This document shows, one piece after another, positions 8,873 through 17,685 of a DNA stretch of 64,000 nt. This DNA is from Ginsengibacter sp. GTDB lineage: Bacteria > Bacteroidota > Bacteroidia > Chitinophagales > Chitinophagaceae. The stretch is taken from contig JBQCEG010000083.1 of NCBI GenBank assembly GCA_051960475.1, forward strand, positions 51,472 through 115,471. The letters are read 5' to 3'. The notes beneath the pieces were generated by a model. The model saw only the letters and a program-made list of their open reading frames with translations, was not told the DNA's origin and did no database searches. Each line of letters opens with the position of its first letter. Within the stretch, counting starts at the first letter, position 1. The translations under genes and the position numbers were made by a program.

Positions 8873-11530
8873 ATGCAAAGAAAAGATAAAGTTTTATCTT
8901 TAAGACCAAAGCTACTTGATTTGAGTAAAAACTTTTTATACTGCTTAACAATCTCAGTTTTTTCAGTTGCTACAGTAAACGGACAAATAACTGAAAATTT
9001 TAATGATGGCAATTTCTCCGACAAACCTGTATGGACGGGCTATACATCTTCTTTTATTGTTAATGATCAATTGCAACTTCAAAGTAATAACGTTGCCCCC
9101 AATAGTACTTTTTATTTGATGACGAAAAGCGAAAGATGCCGTTCCACGGAATGGGAATTTTGGATGCAGCTTCATTTTAATCCATCTTCTGCGAATTTTG
9201 TAGATACTTATTTAACCTGCTCTTCAACAAATCCCAACGACGCTAATGCTACCGGCTATTTTGTGAGAGCCGGAAATACAGAAGATGAAATTTCTCTTTA
9301 CCGGAAAGATTCCAATGATGTCATTACCAAAATCATTGACGGCCAAAACGGGACAGTCAATCATTCGAACAACATTTTTAAAATTAAAGTCACTTGTGAT
9401 TCCATAGGAAACTGGCAGTTGTTTTCTGATTTTTCAGGGACTGGAGATTCTTATCGATTGGAAGGAGGAACTTTTGATTCTACCTATAAAAACTCATCGT
9501 GGTTTGGATTTAATATCAAGCAGAGCACCAGCAGTTTTTTTCAAAAACATTTTATAGATGACATCGAAATAAAAGAATTTGTTGCTGATAAAACACCTCC
9601 AAAAGTTGTAAGCGTTACTGCACTTTCTTCAAATGAAGTTGAAATTGAGTTTGATGAACCAATAGATCCATCCTCTAATATTTTTTCAAATTATTCTGCC
9701 GACAATAATTTGGGCATGCCCGATTCTGTTTGGATAGATCCAGCAAAACCAGCAATTGTACGCCTGAGATTTGAAAATGCATTTGTTAACGGTTATGGTT
9801 ATACGCTTTTAATAAACAAGATAAAAGATCTAGCGGGAAATATTTTAGAGAATGGAACAGCAACCTTTATTTTTTATCAACCACAGCGATACGATGTGAT
9901 CATCGATGAAATTATGGCTGATCCTGTTCCCGTTGTTGGATTACCGGAGACAGAGTGGATTGAATTGAAAAATATTTCTTCTTTTCCAATCGAATTAAAA
10001 GGATGGCAACTAAGCGACGCTTCAGGTCACCCTTCAGTTTTTGATAAATATAAACTACAGCCAGATAGTTTTCTTATTGTTTGTGCTCCCTCAGATGTTT
10101 CTTCTTTATCTTCCTTCGGCAAAGTTATTGGGCTTACAGGTTTTCCTTCACTCAACAATGATGGTGATGAAATTATATTGAGAAATGATAATGGAAAAGT
10201 AATTCATGCCGTTCAATATTCCTCCGATTGGTACGGTGACGAATCAAAAAGCGACGGTGGCTGGTCATTAGAAATGATCGACACGAAATATCCGTGCAGA
10301 GGCATTTCAAATTGGGCTGTAAGTAATGACGAAAGAGGAGGAACACCCGGTAGAAACAATTCTGTTGATGGAATAAATAACAATGACGCAAGTCCAAAAA
10401 TTTTAAGAGCTTATGCGGAAAATCCTTCTTCTGTCACCATTGTCTTTAATGAATCAGTTGACAGCACCGTGGCTGCCGATTTTCATAATTATTCCTTTAG
10501 CGATAATTTAGATGCTGTTGATGCAATGCCCATTTCTGCGTTGTTTGATCGGGTAACGGTTACTTTAAATTATCCCATTTCAGCTGAAAAAATTTATACT
10601 GTAAGTACAACACATATTTCAGATTGTGCCGGGAATCAGATCAGTACCACCCAATCGGTGCGTTTTGGTTTAACTGAAGAAGCTGATAGTTTTGATATAG
10701 TCATAAATGAAATTCTTTTTAATCCTTTTCCGGAAGGAGTTGATTATATTGAGCTTTACAACCGCTCAGAAAAAATTATAGACCTCGGCAAATTATTAAT
10801 CGCTAACAGAAATGGGAATAATGAAATTAGCAGCATTAAACAATTGAGTTCTGAACCCAATTTACTTTTTCCAAAAGATTATATTGTCCTTACAACTGAT
10901 CCTTCCATTGTAAAAAGTCAATACATAACGCTTCAACCCGATGCTTTTTTGAAAATTCAATCTCTGCCTTCCTTTCCTGATGACAAAGGATTTGTGGTTC
11001 TTCTAAATGACCAACAAAAGATCGTGGACGAAGTGGATTATTCCGACAAATGGCATTTTTCGCTTATTCACAACACTGAAGGCGTTTCTCTTGAAAGGAT
11101 TGCTTATGACAGTCCTTCTGAAAAAAGCAACTTTCAATCTGCCGCTTCTTCTGCAGGTTTTGGCACTCCCGGCTACAAAAATTCACAAAGCAAAGCCACT
11201 TCCAATTTTCGTGCAAGCATTACCGTTACTCCTGAAATTTTCTCTCCTGATAATGATGGCTTTCATGATTTTGCAACGATCAATTATAAATTCCCAACTC
11301 CAGGTTTTGTCGCCAACATTACAATCTTTGATGCTTCTGGCCGAAAGGTGCGTTATCTTGAAAAAAGCGCTTTGTGTGGCACTTCTGGCTATTTTAAGTG
11401 GGACGGCCTGGACGAAAAAAAACAAAAACTTCCACAAGGGATTTACGTTATTTATACAGAAATCTTCAACAGTAAAGGAGATGTAAGGAAATTTAAGAAC
11501 ACGGTTGTGCTGGCAAGAAAAAATTATTGA
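8873..11530 (+). CDS. secreted multidomain protein with two lamin-tail domains (LTD) and a CHU_C/T9SS-like C-terminal domain
   Basis: 885 aa. LTD-like segments VIIDEIMADPVPVVGLPETEWIELKNISSFPIELKGWQLSD and IVINEILFNPFPEGVDYIELYNRSEKIIDLG. The C-terminus PEIFSPDNDGFHDFATINYKF...GIYVIYTEI resembles gliding-associated sorting domains. Alternative start TTG 8921 gives a clean signal peptide MSKNFLYCLTISVFSVATVNGQ. Confidence 0.7.
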   Translation: MQRKDKVLSLRPKLLDLSKNFLYCLTISVFSVATVNGQITENFNDGNFSDKPVWTGYTSSFIVNDQLQLQSNNVAPNSTFYLMTKSERCRSTEWEFWMQLHFNPSSANFVDTYLTCSSTNPNDANATGYFVRAGNTEDEISLYRKDSNDVITKIIDGQNGTVNHSNNIFKIKVTCDSIGNWQLFSDFSGTGDSYRLEGGTFDSTYKNSSWFGFNIKQSTSSFFQKHFIDDIEIKEFVADKTPPKVVSVTALSSNEVEIEFDEPIDPSSNIFSNYSADNNLGMPDSVWIDPAKPAIVRLRFENAFVNGYGYTLLINKIKDLAGNILENGTATFIFYQPQRYDVIIDEIMADPVPVVGLPETEWIELKNISSFPIELKGWQLSDASGHPSVFDKYKLQPDSFLIVCAPSDVSSLSSFGKVIGLTGFPSLNNDGDEIILRNDNGKVIHAVQYSSDWYGDESKSDGGWSLEMIDTKYPCRGISNWAVSNDERGGTPGRNNSVDGINNNDASPKILRAYAENPSSVTIVFNESVDSTVAADFHNYSFSDNLDAVDAMPISALFDRVTVTLNYPISAEKIYTVSTTHISDCAGNQISTTQSVRFGLTEEADSFDIVINEILFNPFPEGVDYIELYNRSEKIIDLGKLLIANRNGNNEISSIKQLSSEPNLLFPKDYIVLTTDPSIVKSQYITLQPDAFLKIQSLPSFPDDKGFVVLLNDQQKIVDEVDYSDKWHFSLIHNTEGVSLERIAYDSPSEKSNFQSAASSAGFGTPGYKNSQSKATSNFRASITVTPEIFSPDNDGFHDFATINYKFPTPGFVANITIFDASGRKVRYLEKSALCGTSGYFKWDGLDEKKQKLPQGIYVIYTEIFNSKGDVRKFKNTVVLARKNY

Positions 11531-12294
11531 TTCACGATCAATAATTTTTTAAAATCGGCACTGTCACCATTAAAAATATTAAAATCTACCGGCGCTTTTA
11601 TTCCATCAACTCTTCCTTTTTCGCTGTGTTGCCAAAAGGTCCACTGGTTTTCGATCCGTGGTTTCTCAGGTTGCAAATAATGTGCAATCCACAGAGGATA
11701 TTCTTCAAATCCTTCTTTAAAATAATGTTCGTAAAAATCAATATTGGTATAAATGATCGGCTTCACTCCGTAATGTTTTTCCACTTCCTCCAACCATGTC
11801 TTTACGCCGCTTTGCATTTGCGAAACTGAAACGCCCAAACTTTTTTCAACGTCCAAGACAGGAGGAAGGTCCCCCGGTTTTAAGTCAACGATTTGAATAA
11901 AATTGGAAGCCTGTTTTTTGGCACTGCGTGAGGCAATAAAAAAATGATAAGCTCCCTTTGGAATTTCCTCCTGGTCTGCTCCCAACCAGTTACGACGGAA
12001 TTGCGCATCAACAATACTGGTTCCTTCCGTCGCTTTTATAAAAACGAAGCCAATCTTAATTCCTTTTTCTTCCATGCTTTTCACCTCCTTCCAATTCACC
12101 GTATTTTGATAGCGGCTCACATCAATACCGTGAATTTCGTATCCGTTAGGAATTTCAATTCCGAATCCGGGATAAAACACATGAGGCGGAGTAATAATGA
12201 ATTTGAAAATAAAATACAAGGCGGCAAATGCAATACAAAGCGCAATAAATATCCTGGAAAATGAGCCGGAAGTACGTTTCTTTTTTTTTGCCAC
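11524..12294 (-). CDS. glycoside hydrolase family 25 lysozyme (muramidase), N-terminally membrane-anchored
   Basis: GTG start. GIDVSRYQNTVNWKEVK and FVFIKATEG motifs typical of GH25. Lys-rich N-terminus followed by a TM helix. Confidence 0.85.
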   Translation of the reverse strand: MAKKKKRTSGSFSRIFIALCIAFAALYFIFKFIITPPHVFYPGFGIEIPNGYEIHGIDVSRYQNTVNWKEVKSMEEKGIKIGFVFIKATEGTSIVDAQFRRNWLGADQEEIPKGAYHFFIASRSAKKQASNFIQIVDLKPGDLPPVLDVEKSLGVSVSQMQSGVKTWLEEVEKHYGVKPIIYTNIDFYEHYFKEGFEEYPLWIAHYLQPEKPRIENQWTFWQHSEKGRVDGIKAPVDFNIFNGDSADFKKLLIVNQ

Positions 12295-12701
12295 AGGGTT
12301 TGGTTATGCAAAATTCTATTGCTGGAAAATGGTTTTTGCAAACATACCATCATTCTCTTTTCCTGTAATAAAAATCACTCTGGAATTCTTGTGCTCTTCA
12401 GAAAAAAAAATTGCCTTAAAAGTTGCTTTACTTTATCACAATCTATTTCTCTCTTTGTTATAAAATTTAATTCAATGATGAACTGCTTGAATCAATTAAA
12501 AATCGAAAAAACAAGCTTTTTAGCTCCTGAAAAAGCGAGATTGATCCAAAGGTGAATAAATTTTAATCATACATGGTTGTTAAAAGAAGCATGATCATAA
12601 GTATTTGAAAAGCAACAAAATAGGAAAAGAACAACAGTCCGCAGCGTTGTTAATTTAACGACCTCAGCTTCCAAAAGCTTGCATCTTAAATTTTCAAAGA
12701 T

Positions 12702-12709
12702 TAGATTTG
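12702..12709 (+). promoter_or_regulatory. -7 promoter box TAGATTTG, possible promoter of the transglycosylase gene with a ~140-nt leader
   Basis: Exact TAnnTTTG match in the 556-bp spacer. Its assignment to the downstream gene is an inference. Confidence 0.3.
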
Positions 12710-12850
12710 CATGGTTTTTGCGCTATAGGGTAAATTATTCTTGAAATCAACATAGGAATTCATCTTTTTTAAATAAAAACCACACGATCCCATTATTCGA
12801 CAGGCGTTGTCAAAACGTGAAATAATAATTTGACCAGGAAAAAATTCGTC

Positions 12851-13684
12851 ATGAAAAATATTCGATCAAAGAGCTTATTAACGTTGATTATAATTTTGTT
12901 TATAATTGGCTTTACCACTTCCGCAAGAAATATCATGGGGTTTACCAGTGATAATTTTTCAGATTCAATTGTTCAACCTGCTGCTGCTTCCGTTACCGAC
13001 AGTGCATTAGTTAGTAATCCTGCCCGCGTTGTTTACCCGGTTGCACTTCGTGAACACCGCGATGAAAGCAAAGCGTATGTAAAGCAATACGCTCAGAAAC
13101 AAAGAAGTTATATCATCTACATGTTCAACCGTGGAAAAGAATATTTTCCAAAGGCTGCAAAAATATTTGCTGAATATAATGTTCCCGAAGAATTCCGTTT
13201 TCTTCCTGCTCTTGAATCCAACTTTCACGGCAACGCGGTTTCACGCGCAGGCGCAGTAGGATATTGGCAATTCATGAGTGAGCTCGGCCGCGATTATGGT
13301 TTGCGCATCAATTCAAAAGTTGACGAAAGAAAAAACTTTACAAAATCAACAATCGCTGCTGCTAAATTTTTCCGTGACCAGATGCACATTTTTGGTGGAG
13401 ACATTTTGCTTTCTGTTGCTGCATTTAATTGCGGCACCGGTGGCGTGAGAGTGGCGATGAAAAAAGCCGGCGTTAGCGAACCGGATTTCTGGGAAGTGAA
13501 AAAATATTTGCCGCTCGAAACAAGGATCTTCGTGATGAAATTTATTGCGCTCAATGTTATTTCAAACAATTACCACAAGTTCATCAACCACAAACTGAAC
13601 TTTAGCGAACCGGCATTAATTCAGCTGGCAATAAAGGACACTTCCGATGCGGACAGCGCCGTTGTAGCTCAAAATCCGTTGTAA
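12851..13684 (+). CDS. lytic murein transglycosylase (SLT domain)
   Basis: The track starts at TTG 12830. ATG 12851 gives MKNIRSKSLLTLIIILFIIGF (signal/anchor). Catalytic region LPALESNFHGNAVSRAGAVGYWQFM. Confidence 0.85.
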   Translation: MKNIRSKSLLTLIIILFIIGFTTSARNIMGFTSDNFSDSIVQPAAASVTDSALVSNPARVVYPVALREHRDESKAYVKQYAQKQRSYIIYMFNRGKEYFPKAAKIFAEYNVPEEFRFLPALESNFHGNAVSRAGAVGYWQFMSELGRDYGLRINSKVDERKNFTKSTIAAAKFFRDQMHIFGGDILLSVAAFNCGTGGVRVAMKKAGVSEPDFWEVKKYLPLETRIFVMKFIALNVISNNYHKFINHKLNFSEPALIQLAIKDTSDADSAVVAQNPL

Positions 13685-13710
13685 ACAAATTCCATTCATT
13701 ATTTAGCTAT

Positions 13711-13718
13711 TATCTTTG
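13711..13718 (+). promoter_or_regulatory. -7 promoter box TATCTTTG abutting the ATG (possible leaderless transcript)
   Basis: TAnnTTTG match with 4 nt between the box and ATG 13723. It is part of a 13-mer TTATCTTTGGCAT also found upstream of dnaN. Confidence 0.4.
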
Positions 13719-13722
13719 GCAT

Positions 13723-14751
13723 ATGCCACAGGTGAATTACAATGATGCTGTTAATTTCATTTCCAAACTTACGTTCCGGCGCTTGTGGAATGCTACAAAA
13801 GTATATTCGAGTTATTACATAACCCGCATAATTAAAAAGCCTGTTCAATGGGGTTTGCCGGTTTCCATTTCATTTGAACCAACTACTTCATGTAATCTTC
13901 GTTGCCCTGAATGCCCGAGCGGTTTAAGAGAATTTACGCGGCCGCGTGGAATGCTACAAAGAGATTTTTTTGAAAAAACGATCGATGAGATCCATAAAGA
14001 TATCCTCTATCTCATCTTTTATTTTCAGGGCGAGCCTTATTTGAATAAGAATTTTTTGGAGATGGTTTCTTACGCTTCTTCCAAAGGAATCTACACGGCC
14101 ACTTCTACTAACGCTCATTTTTTAACGGATGAAATGGCAAAGAAAACTGTTGAGAGTGGGCTCGACAGATTAATTATTTCCCTCGATGGAACTACACAAG
14201 AAGTTTATGAACAATATCGGCGTGAAGGCAATATTGAAAAAGTAATTGAAGGCGCACGAAATATTGTAAAGTGGAAGAGAAAATTAAAAAGTAAAACACC
14301 ATTTGTGTTTTTCCAGTTTTTGGTGGTTAGGCCAAATGAGCATCAAATTGAAGAAGTGAAAAAGCTGGCAAAAGAAGTAGGCGTTGATGAAGTGCGATTT
14401 AAAACTGCGCAGGTTTATGATTATGAAAATGATCCCAACAAACTGATTCCCGTAAACGAAAAATACAGTCGCTACAAAAGAAATAAAGAAGGGAAGATCA
14501 TTGCACGAAATAAATTGCAAAATCATTGTTCCAAACTTTGGGAAGCCAATGTCATTACATGGGATGGAATGGTTGTTCCGTGCTGTTTTGACAAAGACGC
14601 AACTCACCGTCTTGGTGATTTGAAAAACCAATCCTTTCGTGAGATCTGGCAAAATGAAAACTATAAACGCTTTCGTAAAGAATTAACCAAAAGCCGCAAA
14701 AACATTGATATTTGCGCCAATTGTAGCGAAGGACTTTCCGTTTGGAAATAA
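13723..14751 (+). CDS. radical SAM / SPASM domain protein
   Basis: CNLRCPECPSG (CxxxCxxC) after a ~55-aa amphipathic N-terminus. C-terminal Cys-rich SPASM-like CSKLWEANVITWDGMVVPCCFD ... CANCSEG. Confidence 0.85.
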   Translation: MPQVNYNDAVNFISKLTFRRLWNATKVYSSYYITRIIKKPVQWGLPVSISFEPTTSCNLRCPECPSGLREFTRPRGMLQRDFFEKTIDEIHKDILYLIFYFQGEPYLNKNFLEMVSYASSKGIYTATSTNAHFLTDEMAKKTVESGLDRLIISLDGTTQEVYEQYRREGNIEKVIEGARNIVKWKRKLKSKTPFVFFQFLVVRPNEHQIEEVKKLAKEVGVDEVRFKTAQVYDYENDPNKLIPVNEKYSRYKRNKEGKIIARNKLQNHCSKLWEANVITWDGMVVPCCFDKDATHRLGDLKNQSFREIWQNENYKRFRKELTKSRKNIDICANCSEGLSVWK

Positions 14752-14888
14752 TTTTTCATGGACCAATGTGAAAATAAAAATTTGAAAAATTTCTTCTTTT
14801 ACTGCTGACCAATCCGCTTTCTTTTTCCGGTTTTCCCAACCAAATAACTAGTAAATATAATTCTCCTTTTTCTTAGTATTTTTAATAG

Positions 14889-15953
14889 ATGAATGTGTTC
14901 AACAATCACTTGCGACAGATAATTTTATTAGGACTTATCATCCTGATCGGATTTTTGATTGTAAATCATTTCTTCATTTTTTTGCCCGGTGTTTTAGGCG
15001 CAGTCACTTTGTATATTCTCAGTAAAAAAAGTTTTTTCTATCTCGTCGAAAAAAAGAAATGGAAAAAAAGTTGGACAGCGCTTCTTTACATTTTGGCGTA
15101 CACGATCATAATTTGTCTTCCCGTTTACCTCGCTGTTGTTATGCTTTTGCCGAGAATGATCGCTTTGTTCAACAATCCTGTTCCATTGGTTGTGGCTGTA
15201 AAAAGTTTCACTCAAAAAATTCAGGAAACGACAGGAATTGAATTTTTTAATGGCGACAACGTGCAGCTCGCAATGAAAAATCTTGCAGGAAGAGTTCCAA
15301 TGCTCTTAACGAGCACCGCCAATTTCATTACGAATCTTATCCTGATGTTTTTCGTTTTGTACTACATGCTGTTTCATGGAAGAAGGCTGGAAGAATTTAT
15401 TTATCATTTTATTCCATTAAAAATAAAGAACCGGAAAATGTTAAGCGAAGAGACAGATACAATGATCCGGGCCAATGCAATCGGGATTCCTTTGCTGGCC
15501 ATTATCCAGGGTTTCGTTGCCGCGCTTGGTTATTTTATTTTCGGAATAAAGGAGTTTGGCGTTTGGGGATTTTTAACGGGCGTTGCATCGCTCATCCCGA
15601 TTGTTGGAACCGGAATTATCTGGGTGCCGTTAACGATTTATCTTCTTGCTGTAGGTCATACATGGCAAGGAATCGGGCTTGGTATTTATTCGCTTGCTAT
15701 TCTTACCAATGTTGATTATGTCGCTCGCATTACATTGCTTCGTAAAATAGGAGATGTTCATCCGCTCATTACTATTTTTGGTGTGATTGTGGGACTAAGT
15801 TTGTTTGGATTTTTGGGATTGGTTTTCGGACCTCTATTGATCAGCTATTTTATTTTGTTAATAAAAATTTACCGCAACGAATTCAATTCAGTTCCGATGA
15901 CGCCCATGCATTACGAAGAAGAAGCGAAACATAAAATTGAACGGCTTGAATAG
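14889..15953 (+). CDS. AI-2E family transporter (PerM/YhhT-like permease)
   Basis: 354 aa, about 8 TM helices. Length and C-terminal GLVFGPLLI-type pattern are typical of the family. Confidence 0.8.
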   Translation: MNVFNNHLRQIILLGLIILIGFLIVNHFFIFLPGVLGAVTLYILSKKSFFYLVEKKKWKKSWTALLYILAYTIIICLPVYLAVVMLLPRMIALFNNPVPLVVAVKSFTQKIQETTGIEFFNGDNVQLAMKNLAGRVPMLLTSTANFITNLILMFFVLYYMLFHGRRLEEFIYHFIPLKIKNRKMLSEETDTMIRANAIGIPLLAIIQGFVAALGYFIFGIKEFGVWGFLTGVASLIPIVGTGIIWVPLTIYLLAVGHTWQGIGLGIYSLAILTNVDYVARITLLRKIGDVHPLITIFGVIVGLSLFGFLGLVFGPLLISYFILLIKIYRNEFNSVPMTPMHYEEEAKHKIERLE

Positions 15954-16027
15954 TTTTTCAATGCTCTTCTTTTTCAAAGAAAATCACAATAAATAATTTA
16001 AGAACTAAAAAAAAGTAAAGCCATTGA

Positions 16028-16636
16028 ATGGAACATGTAATCCATCTTTCAAAAGATAAACGCCTTAAAAAATTAATCGAATCACAACCCGTTTTTGTTC
16101 TTGAAAAAAGAAACAAAGTCTATCTGCGTTTGTGCTCTTCGATTTTGAGCCAGCAACTAAGCACTACCGTAGCAAAGGTTTTATACAAAAGATTTCTGGG
16201 GCTTTACAATGGAAAAGAACCGACAGCCAAACAAATTTTAAATACTCCTGCAGAAACCTTTCGAAGCATTGGTTTTTCAAATGCAAAGGCTTCCTACGTG
16301 CACAATGTTTGCCGGTTTTTTATAGAAAACAAGATCACGGATGCTCAATTACATAAGCTCAGCAACGAAGAAGTGATTGATTTGCTCACACAAATAAAAG
16401 GAGTTGGAAAATGGACCGTTGAAATGATTTTAATGTTTACACTCGGCAGAGAAGATGTTTTTGCTGTCGACGATCTTGGTCTCAAACAAAGCGTCATCAA
16501 ACTCTACAACATCAAAGAAACCGATAAAAAATTATTAGTAAAAAGAATAGAAAAGATCTCTTTAAAATGGAGCCCGTACCGCACTTATGCCAGTCGCTAT
16601 TTGTGGAACTGGAAAGACAATCCGCCCGAGATCTAG
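16028..16636 (+). CDS. DNA-3-methyladenine glycosylase II (AlkA-like, HhH-GPD superfamily)
   Basis: HhH motif LTQIKGVGKWTVEMILMF followed by FAVDDLGL (catalytic Asp region). 202 aa. Confidence 0.85.
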   Translation: MEHVIHLSKDKRLKKLIESQPVFVLEKRNKVYLRLCSSILSQQLSTTVAKVLYKRFLGLYNGKEPTAKQILNTPAETFRSIGFSNAKASYVHNVCRFFIENKITDAQLHKLSNEEVIDLLTQIKGVGKWTVEMILMFTLGREDVFAVDDLGLKQSVIKLYNIKETDKKLLVKRIEKISLKWSPYRTYASRYLWNWKDNPPEI

Positions 16637-16740
16637 AGCCTCACCCAACCTCCTCAGCATGGGAGAGGGATATGCTTTAATGAGGGACAGGAGATAAATT
16701 TCAGTTATTTTTTTATTTACTGTGAACGCATTTGGTTGAT

Positions 16741-16771
16741 TAAAACAAACCTCCTTTGGAGGGAAGGGAGG
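16741..16771 (-). terminator. possible intrinsic terminator of the NYN gene
   Basis: On the minus strand CCUCC-AAA-GGAGG is followed by UUUGUUUU, directly after the stop at 16774. The stem is short. Confidence 0.35.
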
Positions 16772-16773
16772 CC

Positions 16774-17499
16774 TTATTTTTTCCTTACCAAAGGATTGTT
16801 CAATCCGTTGATCACATTATCCACCACCTGGAAACCGGGAAGTTTTGAGAAAAATTGAGTGAGTGTTTTGCAGCCGTAAGTTCTCACATCAAAACTTGGA
16901 TCAAGCTTTCTAAGATTAATTCCCATTGTTGAAATGTAAGCTTCATTGCTCTCGTTCATACTCATGTCATATGCTTTGTTGATGAGCTTTTTGTTGACAT
17001 TCGTTGTCGATTTAGGTTTTTGCCTTTTTTCTGTTTCCTTTTTTTCAGGTGTTTCTGTTTTGGGTTCAAGGTTTTCAACAAACGTGAAAATCTCGCAAGA
17101 TTTTACAAATGCAGAAGGCGTTTTTTCTTCACCGATTCCCATCACAAAAATGCCCGCTTCGCGAATGCGTTTCGCCAGGCCGGTATAATCGCTGTCGCTC
17201 GAAACAATACAAAATCCATCCACCAGATCGGCATGCAAAATATCCATTGCATCAATGATCAAAGCGCTATCGGTAGAATTCTTTCCGGAAGTGTAAGAAA
17301 ATTTTTGAATCGGGTTAAATGCCATTTCATTCAGCTGGCTTTTCCAGTGATTCATTTGCGGAGTTGTCCAGTCGCCATACACTCTGCGGATCGTCACTTT
17401 TCCATATTTGGAAGCTTCTTCCAAAACAAGATCCATCATTTTTGACTGCGCATTATCGCCGTCAACCAGCAGGGCAATTTTATTGGTTTTTTCTTCCAT
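16774..17499 (-). CDS. NYN (LabA-like) ribonuclease-fold protein with C-terminal OST-HTH/LOTUS domain
   Basis: IALLVDGDN, TDSALIIDAM and CIVSSDSDY NYN motifs. A charged linker, then a ~70-aa C-terminal domain (ISTMGINLRKLDPSFDVRTYGCKTLTQFFSKLPGFQVV) typical of OST-HTH. Confidence 0.8.
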   Translation of the reverse strand: MEEKTNKIALLVDGDNAQSKMMDLVLEEASKYGKVTIRRVYGDWTTPQMNHWKSQLNEMAFNPIQKFSYTSGKNSTDSALIIDAMDILHADLVDGFCIVSSDSDYTGLAKRIREAGIFVMGIGEEKTPSAFVKSCEIFTFVENLEPKTETPEKKETEKRQKPKSTTNVNKKLINKAYDMSMNESNEAYISTMGINLRKLDPSFDVRTYGCKTLTQFFSKLPGFQVVDNVINGLNNPLVRKK

Positions 17500-17661
17500 A
17501 AAAAATTTTTACAAAAATAGGCCGAAAGATTTACAATGCTTTTTAGACTGTTTTGCTGATTGCGTTTATAACAGTAAAAGCACAAATTTTAAGTTTTTTA
17601 TTTTCACCAAAAGTGGGATAACTGGTGAACATTTTATTTATTGTCATTAAGCTGAATCTTT

Positions 17662-17669
17662 TATCTTTG
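17662..17669 (+). promoter_or_regulatory. -7 promoter box TATCTTTG for dnaN
   Basis: TAnnTTTG match 16 nt upstream of ATG 17686. Confidence 0.45.
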
Positions 17670-17685
17670 GCATTAAACATTTTTT

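Noticed and set aside
12281-12289. A9/T9 homopolymer in codons 3-6 of the GH25 lysozyme gene, considered as a slipped-strand phase-variation switch.
   Set aside because: It encodes the Lys-rich cytoplasmic stub (MAKKKKR) expected before a TM anchor. Similar A/T runs occur elsewhere in this AT-rich window (for example near 12403 and 46679), and there is no evidence of length heterogeneity from a single sequence.
16637-16700. Locally G/C-rich patch CCTCACCCAACCTCCTCAGCATGGGAGAGGGATATGC...GAGGGACAGGAG after alkA. Considered as a REP/MITE-like element or terminator hairpin.
   Set aside because: The putative arms do not pair (CCTCCTC versus GAGAGGG has mismatches). It is single-copy in this window and has no terminal inverted repeats or target-site duplication.
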